A program made the translations under genes and the position numbers. The notes beneath the pieces were generated by a model. That model made no database searches and was not told where the DNA came from. It saw only the letters and a program-made list of their open reading frames with translations. Below are positions 5,953 to 11,475 of a DNA stretch of 34,590 nucleotides, in pieces. Each line of letters starts with the position of its first letter. Position 1 is the stretch's first letter. Source of the stretch: Thermoplasmatota archaeon (GTDB lineage Archaea; Thermoplasmatota; Poseidoniia; Poseidoniales; Poseidoniaceae); NCBI GenBank assembly GCA_030830875.1, contig JAURMD010000058.1:1-34590 (forward strand), given 5' to 3'.

Positions 5953-8340
5953 TCAGTCCTCGGCCTGCTTTGCCAGCCATTGGTGTCCGTAGTGTACCCA
6001 CTGCTCCTCGGTCCAGCCCTCGGGAAGTCCTGACTCCGGAACGGGTGGAGCGCTCGAGGGTGTTGCTTCCTCCTCAGGTAGGGGGGACGGCTCAGCAGGC
6101 GCTCGTTCCTCCTCAGCTTCGATCGCGGAGAACGCTTCTGTAGCCTCATCCTCGGGTGGGGTCGAGGGTGATTCAGGATCGCCGACGGGTTTCGATGCCT
6201 CTGACTCCATCGGGTCATCTTGCCAAAGGGCGTCCTCCTCCACACCGCCTCGTGCGGAGAGGCCTGCATGCCCGGTCAACGCTTCATCGGCGATGCTGTC
6301 GCCCTCGCCAAATCCAACGAAGGTCTTCTGCACCGCTGAGGCGGATAAGGCCCGCTTCTTGGACGTGGCAGACACCGTCAAGATCGCCGCGGTCATCCCA
6401 ACAAAAACGAGACCTGCAAGCATCGCAACCTGTTTGACTAGGCGAACGTCGAAGCCGCGAGCCCCTGCACCGTTGGCCACAGTGGCGTTCCAGTACGTGT
6501 ATGTCATTCGGCCGCGTTCTGATTCGTTTAGGGTTGAGAGGTAGTCCTGATACTCGACGCTGCGGATGCCAAGGCAGATGTCCCTGACATCGTCGAAGGC
6601 AAGTCGGCAATGGTCCTCGATGGTGGCGACCAAGGCGTTTGTATCGTTGTAATCCGTGCGTTGGCCGACCCCGTCTCCGTCTTGATCAAGGTGCTCGGTG
6701 GGATTGTCTGCCATGCCGTCGCCGACTTCGGATGCATCGGCCCACCCATCTCCGTCTTCATCTGGGCAACCAAACATGGCTTCAGACGTGTAGGTCGTGA
6801 CCTCCGCAATCACGGGAACCAAGGCCTGAATCGAAGCACCGGGCACCGTTGGACACGCATCAGGACGAACGCCATCCTGTGCATCACCATAGCCGTCACC
6901 GTCGCTGTCCGTCCACTGCGTACGCTCGTTGGGGAAGGCATCTGCGCCGTTGGCGACCGTCCATCCCTCATCTGGATCAGACCACCCGTCGAGGTCGCGG
7001 TCCGTGCAACCGCGTCGATCGTTTGTTGAGAATCCATTTGACGTGGGGCAATCGTCCGGCCGGTACCCAGCCGGGTTGTCGCCGTATCCATCACGGTCCT
7101 CGTCGGCCCATTGCGTTGGGTCTTCTGGAAAGACGTCCCCTTCAGGATCGTCGTCGTTGTCACCAACACCATCGCCGTCTGCATCCAACCATTGGTTTGG
7201 ATCGTCGGGGAAGGCATCGGGCATCGTTCCATCGGCTTCATCGCCGTAACCGTCCCCGTCACGGTCGGACCACTGCGAAGGATCATTCGGGAAAGCGTCC
7301 CCGTCGGTCGCGTCAGCATTGTCGCCGTATCCGTCTCCATCACCATCGGAGGATTGGTCAGCGTTGTTCGGGAACGCATCTTGGGCATCGGCGATTCCAT
7401 CGCCGTCCGAGTCAACGTCAAGCAGCCGAACACGTGTGCTTGAGGACGTGGTGCTTACGAGGTAGAGGCTCCCGTCTTCGTTGACGGTCACGGCAAGCAC
7501 GGAGCCCGTGGCTTGGAACGAGCCGATGATGCTGAGGGAACTGTCCACATGCCTCACGTGTCCATTCTGGTGACCTACATACGCTCCAAATCCTCCATCG
7601 AGGGAAATCGAAGTCACCGGCGTCGTGCTGCTCGACACGAAACCCCCCTGCCACGTCGTCGTGCTGTAGCGATGAACGGTACCGTCAGCGAGCCCAATCC
7701 AGAGGATCAGGCCATCCTCAACAAGGACCTTTACGGCCCCGCCCAGTCCAGTGATAAGGTCGTCCTGTGTTCCGTCGTCAGCGTGGATGAGCACGGTTCC
7801 GTCAAAGCCTCCCGTGAGGATTCGTCCATCGTCAAGCACGAGGAAGGAGGCCACCCCCCCGTTCATGACCGTCGTTCGCGCCCCTGAGGCTCCGAATTGG
7901 TCGTATTCGACGGCCTGACGGACACCGCCGTTGTGAACCAACCACAGGTCACCACCCGCGTCCCAATCGATGTGCTCGACGGGGTCAACCGTTGGGATGT
8001 CACGAACCACTTCATTGGAAGCGACCGAGAGGACCGTCGCGCCGTCGTCGTGGCCGACTGCTACGAGGCCCGCCGCAGCGTCAAAGCGTATGGTGTTCAC
8101 GCTCACGTTCGCATCGAGTTGTTTGGCCTTCTGGAGCACTCCAGCGACCCATTGATGCTCAACGATGGTACCAGAAGCATCGACGGTCAGCACGCCACCA
8201 TCGCCAAGGTCGTACCAAGCCATGACGCGGCTGTCGTTGTGAATTTCTCCTCCGTCAATCAAAGAGGCGGTGGCGGTCGAGGTCAACAACAGAAGCAGCA
8301 CGAAGCCCGCCACAAGCGAACGACGGTGAACCATGTCCAT
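5953..8340 (-). CDS. type-I membrane protein: signal peptide, DG-rich beta-propeller, thrombospondin-type-3 (DxDxDGxxD) Ca-binding repeats, one TM helix, acidic cytoplasmic tail
   Basis: The signal peptide is MDMVHRRSLVAGFVLLLLLTSTATA. At least six blade-like units carry G..DG(T/H)V motifs (res ~30-305). Nine DxDGDG(Y/V/W)(G/A)D units span res 308-565. The TM helix is VAMLAGLVFVGMTAAILTVSA (res 637-657). A 138-aa D/E/P-rich tail follows. Confidence 0.85.
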   Translation of the reverse strand: MDMVHRRSLVAGFVLLLLLTSTATASLIDGGEIHNDSRVMAWYDLGDGGVLTVDASGTIVEHQWVAGVLQKAKQLDANVSVNTIRFDAAAGLVAVGHDDGATVLSVASNEVVRDIPTVDPVEHIDWDAGGDLWLVHNGGVRQAVEYDQFGASGARTTVMNGGVASFLVLDDGRILTGGFDGTVLIHADDGTQDDLITGLGGAVKVLVEDGLILWIGLADGTVHRYSTTTWQGGFVSSSTTPVTSISLDGGFGAYVGHQNGHVRHVDSSLSIIGSFQATGSVLAVTVNEDGSLYLVSTTSSSTRVRLLDVDSDGDGIADAQDAFPNNADQSSDGDGDGYGDNADATDGDAFPNDPSQWSDRDGDGYGDEADGTMPDAFPDDPNQWLDADGDGVGDNDDDPEGDVFPEDPTQWADEDRDGYGDNPAGYRPDDCPTSNGFSTNDRRGCTDRDLDGWSDPDEGWTVANGADAFPNERTQWTDSDGDGYGDAQDGVRPDACPTVPGASIQALVPVIAEVTTYTSEAMFGCPDEDGDGWADASEVGDGMADNPTEHLDQDGDGVGQRTDYNDTNALVATIEDHCRLAFDDVRDICLGIRSVEYQDYLSTLNESERGRMTYTYWNATVANGAGARGFDVRLVKQVAMLAGLVFVGMTAAILTVSATSKKRALSASAVQKTFVGFGEGDSIADEALTGHAGLSARGGVEEDALWQDDPMESEASKPVGDPESPSTPPEDEATEAFSAIEAEEERAPAEPSPLPEEEATPSSAPPVPESGLPEGWTEEQWVHYGHQWLAKQAED
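6646..7419 (-). repeat. in-frame tandem coding repeats (TSP3-like D-A-F-P-x-D-P-x-Q-W-x-D-x-D-G-D-G-Y-G-D units)
   Basis: Five copies of the (D)(A/V)FPxxxxQWxD linker and nine DxDGDG loops are visible in the translation. This produces an obvious periodicity of GAYGG/GTCNCC strings in the DNA. Confidence 0.8.
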
Positions 8341-8352
8341 TGGTGCGTGCTT

Positions 8353-8370
8353 CGAGCCTTCAAAGGCTCG
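8353..8370 (-). other. perfect 6-bp/6-nt-loop hairpin in the 33-nt spacer between the coiled-coil gene stop and the membrane-protein start
   Basis: The sequence is CGAGCC-TTCAAA-GGCTCG on the plus strand, and the same stem forms on the mRNA strand. It lies 12 nt upstream of the ATG at 8340. No Shine-Dalgarno sequence is visible between the hairpin and the ATG. Confidence 0.35.
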
Positions 8371-8373
8371 TCC

Positions 8374-10935
8374 TCAGGCGTCGTCCGATGGTTCCTCGGA
8401 GGTCGCAGAGGGGAGGCGCAGGGGGCGCAGTGTGTGCACCGGTTGCAAGACCGTCGGAACCTGATCGGCGGCGACGCCGAGCACTGGCATGGCGGGCTTC
8501 AACCGTGCCGTGGCGGCGGGACCTCCAGCGGGCTGCATGGTTCGGATGGGTTGCAGGACTGGAGCATCAATCGGGATCGCATCGATGGTCGCATCGGGTT
8601 GAACCTTTGCTTCTTGGATGTCAACCTCAACGGTCGAATCAAGAACGCCTTGGACTTCCTCCATCATGTCCTCAAGCAGTTCCGCTTCAAGTTCGTCGGA
8701 CACCGCCATCATCTGGTCTTCAATGGAACCAGGAACTTCGGGTTCGGCCACAAGCTCGACCACGTCGACCTCGGTCTCGGATGTTTCAACGTCTGAAACC
8801 TCCACCTCAGGCTCGGGCATGTGAACGTCTGGAACCTCCACCTCAAGCACGGAGGCAGGGGGATCGAGTTCCGTCGCATGCTCCAAGGTTTCGAGGGCGT
8901 TCCCGACCGGTTCGCGCACAGGAGCGACGACCGGTGACTTGACCTGCTTCACGGGCTTGAAGATCGGTACCGGAGCAGAGGGGGCAAGGGTGCGAACCGT
9001 TGAGGTGGGGGCGCGCATTCCGGCGAGGCCCATCCGCGCAGGTTGCGCTTCGGCCGCCTGAGCAAGGGCCGTTAACGACGAACGACCAGCCGATGCGCCA
9101 AGGGCGTCGGGCCGTGCTCCGAGCGTACTGGCGTCTGCGGTTGCACCGAGGCCACCAACGCTTTGACCGGATATCGAGGAGAGCCACTGCTGCCTCTTGT
9201 CCATGCGTGCATCCGTGTCCTGAAGGCGAGCGAACTCGGCCTCTCGCTCTGCAAGGCGATCCTCTTCGCTGGCGACTTCACCTTCCACTTGCGAGGTGAT
9301 GCTCTCGCGCATGCGTTCCTCGGCCATGGCCTTGAATTCGTCCATCTTCTTGGAGAGCCCGGCTATACGGTCGCGTATTTCTGCACGCTTCAGCCCAAGT
9401 TGGCCCTCGATTTCTGCACGGATCCGTGCTTCCTTTCGACGCACGTCGATAAGCGCCTTGTTGCGCATGATTTCCTCACGCTTGTCCAACTGGCGCTCAA
9501 GTTGCGTGGCCACCTCGTCCATCTTCCGTTCTCGGAACGCGTTGAGACGTTCCTCCATGTCGAGTTCGAGTTCAAGCACCGTTTCCTCCTTGAGCAGGTC
9601 AAGGTCGGTGTCCCACGACAGCCGTTCATTGCGAAGGCTCGAATCCACCTCGGAGAGGATCGCTTTGCGTGCTGCAGCTTCACGGCTCTGGAATTCGAGT
9701 TCAAGTCGTTCGGTCCATTCCGTTCGCTTCGCCGCGTACTGCTCTTCGAGTTCAGCACGAATCTCTGCTTCTCGCTCGTAGCGGAACCGGGCCAACCGAT
9801 TCTGAATCTCGGATTCTCGCGCTGCTTGATAACGAGCGTAATCGTCCTCGTTCCGCTGTTCGAGGTCGGCTTCAACCTGAAGACGGAGCGCTTGCTCTAC
9901 CTCCTCCACTGCGTTGCCGTAGGTCAAATCGTAGCGCTCACGGAGGCGTGATTTTCGGTCCGCCAGTCGTTCGGAGAACTGCTGTTGGAGTTGAACCTCC
10001 ACCTCCCTTCGAAGTTCGTCGCGTCGACGTGCGATGGAGAGTTCAACGTCTTCTCGCATTCGAGCCTCAAGCGCCTCGGTCTCCCGGCGAAGGCGCTGTT
10101 CAAGTTCCTCCTGAATTTCGACCGCCAGGTTCGCCTCAAGCCGTTGGCTCCGGCGAGCGTATTCGGCACGAAGCGCCGCTTCACGCAGGCTCAGGCGCTG
10201 GCGAAGTTGTTGTTCAAGCCTCGTGCGGATGCCATGCCGCAGTTGGGATTCGCGCTCCGCAAGTTGCGCGTCTTGCTCATCCCGAAGGCGGGTGAGTTCG
10301 GCATCTTCCAAGGCAACAAAGCGCTGATTCATCTCCTCCTGAAGTTCCTCTTCGAAGGCCTGAATCCGTCGATGGAGGCGCTGGCGGTGCTCAAGATCAA
10401 GGCGTTGCCGCATCAGCTCCACACGCTGCTGATGCTCCTGCTCGAGCTGTTGGCGAAGGTCTTCGGCGAGTCGGTCGCGCTCCTCTTGCATTCGTCGATC
10501 GGTTTCCACTTCGAAACGCTGACGAAGGACCTCCAGTTCTCGTGAGAGCCGAGCCTCATATTCGTCACGCAAACGTGCTTCTTCGCGGGCAAAGGCCTCA
10601 CGACCTTCCTGAGCAAGCTCGGTCTCCATCGCTTCACGAAGTTCACGTTCAACCTCGGTGAGGGTTCGCTCACGATGCAGTTCCAAACTCGTCGCGAGGT
10701 TGGCTTGTTGGGCCTGCACGCGTTCTCGTAGTTCCGAATACCGAAGGCGACGTTCTCGCTTGAGATCGGAACGTAGGCGGTCTTCCGCACGGTAGCGCGC
10801 ACTCACACCAGCCTCGTCGTCGGTCGTCGTCGACGCCGCCCGAGTGAATTGGCCGCGAAGGGCGGCGAGGCTTCGCCGATCGTCCCCAGAAGCGAGGCGC
10901 CGGGGGAAAGGGCCCTCTGCATCGTTCACGACCAT
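8374..10935 (-). CDS. 853-aa charged coiled-coil / single-alpha-helix-like protein with A/G/S/P linker and acidic C-terminal region
   Basis: Residues ~46-585 are almost exclusively E/R/Q/L/A/D with no Pro and rare Gly (for example ELEQRLRRETEALEARMREDVELSIARRRDELRREVEVQLQQQF). Residues 586-685 are rich in A/G/S/P. Residues 686-775 are acidic, followed by a P/V/Q-rich end. There is no TM helix, signal peptide or enzymatic motif. The call is by composition only. Confidence 0.8.
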   Translation of the reverse strand: MVVNDAEGPFPRRLASGDDRRSLAALRGQFTRAASTTTDDEAGVSARYRAEDRLRSDLKRERRLRYSELRERVQAQQANLATSLELHRERTLTEVERELREAMETELAQEGREAFAREEARLRDEYEARLSRELEVLRQRFEVETDRRMQEERDRLAEDLRQQLEQEHQQRVELMRQRLDLEHRQRLHRRIQAFEEELQEEMNQRFVALEDAELTRLRDEQDAQLAERESQLRHGIRTRLEQQLRQRLSLREAALRAEYARRSQRLEANLAVEIQEELEQRLRRETEALEARMREDVELSIARRRDELRREVEVQLQQQFSERLADRKSRLRERYDLTYGNAVEEVEQALRLQVEADLEQRNEDDYARYQAARESEIQNRLARFRYEREAEIRAELEEQYAAKRTEWTERLELEFQSREAAARKAILSEVDSSLRNERLSWDTDLDLLKEETVLELELDMEERLNAFRERKMDEVATQLERQLDKREEIMRNKALIDVRRKEARIRAEIEGQLGLKRAEIRDRIAGLSKKMDEFKAMAEERMRESITSQVEGEVASEEDRLAEREAEFARLQDTDARMDKRQQWLSSISGQSVGGLGATADASTLGARPDALGASAGRSSLTALAQAAEAQPARMGLAGMRAPTSTVRTLAPSAPVPIFKPVKQVKSPVVAPVREPVGNALETLEHATELDPPASVLEVEVPDVHMPEPEVEVSDVETSETEVDVVELVAEPEVPGSIEDQMMAVSDELEAELLEDMMEEVQGVLDSTVEVDIQEAKVQPDATIDAIPIDAPVLQPIRTMQPAGGPAATARLKPAMPVLGVAADQVPTVLQPVHTLRPLRLPSATSEEPSDDA

Positions 10936-10978
10936 CCCATCCCAGCGGCAAAGCCGCTAATGACGCCACATCCGCGTC

Positions 10979-10991
10979 TTTTCATACATAA
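10979..10991 (-). promoter_or_regulatory. TATA-box-like TTATGTATGAAAA upstream of the coiled-coil gene
   Basis: This is the only AT-rich stretch in the 116-nt spacer, about 44 nt upstream of the ATG at 10935. A 6-bp hairpin AGCGGC-AAA-GCCGCT (10944-10958) lies between it and the start codon. Confidence 0.3.
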
Positions 10992-11051
10992 GGTGAACGA
11001 TGACGAAGGCCCCGCAGCCCTCCGGTTTGAAAGGGCCGCTTTCGAGCCGGT

Positions 11052-11444
11052 TCAGAAATTGATGGCAAATCCAGTGTCGCAGGCAGGGCAGGAGATTTCC
11101 CTTCGTCCCGGCCGGCGGTTCATGCGCAGGCGACGGTCGCAACTCGGGCAAGCCACTTCGATCTTCGCCTGCTTCGGCGTGATGAGAAACTCTTCGCTGC
11201 AGGAGCCGCATCGGAGCAGGGCAGGGCGGTCTTCAACACCGGCAACCAAGACTTTGCTGCAACCTGGACAGGCGACCTTCTCTTCAGCCCACGCCCGGCG
11301 CGTCCCGGGATGATCAACACGCACCCGCGCATCGCACAACACACACGTCAGCTCACCCAAACCCATGGGAAGCATCCCCTTGCATCGGGGACAACTGAGG
11401 ACAGGGGCCTCAACGGAGGATTCGACCTCCTTTCGCTCGTCCAT
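11052..11444 (-). CDS. triplicated zinc-ribbon protein (six CxxC pairs)
   Basis: From the ATG at 11444 the CxxC pairs are C18/C21, C34/C37, C59/C62, C79/C82, C99/C102 and C119/C122. That gives three ribbon units spaced about 40 residues apart. The longer track ORF (start 11522) would overlap the ATPase 3' end by 47 nt. Confidence 0.7.
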   Translation of the reverse strand: MDERKEVESSVEAPVLSCPRCKGMLPMGLGELTCVLCDARVRVDHPGTRRAWAEEKVACPGCSKVLVAGVEDRPALLRCGSCSEEFLITPKQAKIEVACPSCDRRLRMNRRPGRREISCPACDTGFAINF

Positions 11445-11475
11445 GCAGAGAGCATGAGGTTCCCCCTCTTGGAGT

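Noticed and set aside
5965-6030. A WW-domain assignment for the LPEGWTEEQW... C-terminus.
   Set aside because: Only about 25 residues remain after the LPxGW start, and the second conserved Trp-Pro context is missing. I kept it only as an unclassified aromatic motif.
6646-7419. Periodic ~80-nt DNA repeats that might be mistaken for a CRISPR-like or satellite array.
   Set aside because: The repeats are in frame, diverged and encode the TSP3-like Ca-binding units of a continuous 795-aa ORF. There is no repeat/spacer structure.
9163-10545. A series of long + strand ORFs (262, 161, 208 and 186 aa) and out-of-frame minus ORFs inside the coiled-coil gene.
   Set aside because: The monotonous GAR/CGN/CTS codon usage of an E/R/L-rich protein removes stop codons from most frames. 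Only the 853-aa frame runs the full length and has a start context with a TATA-like box.
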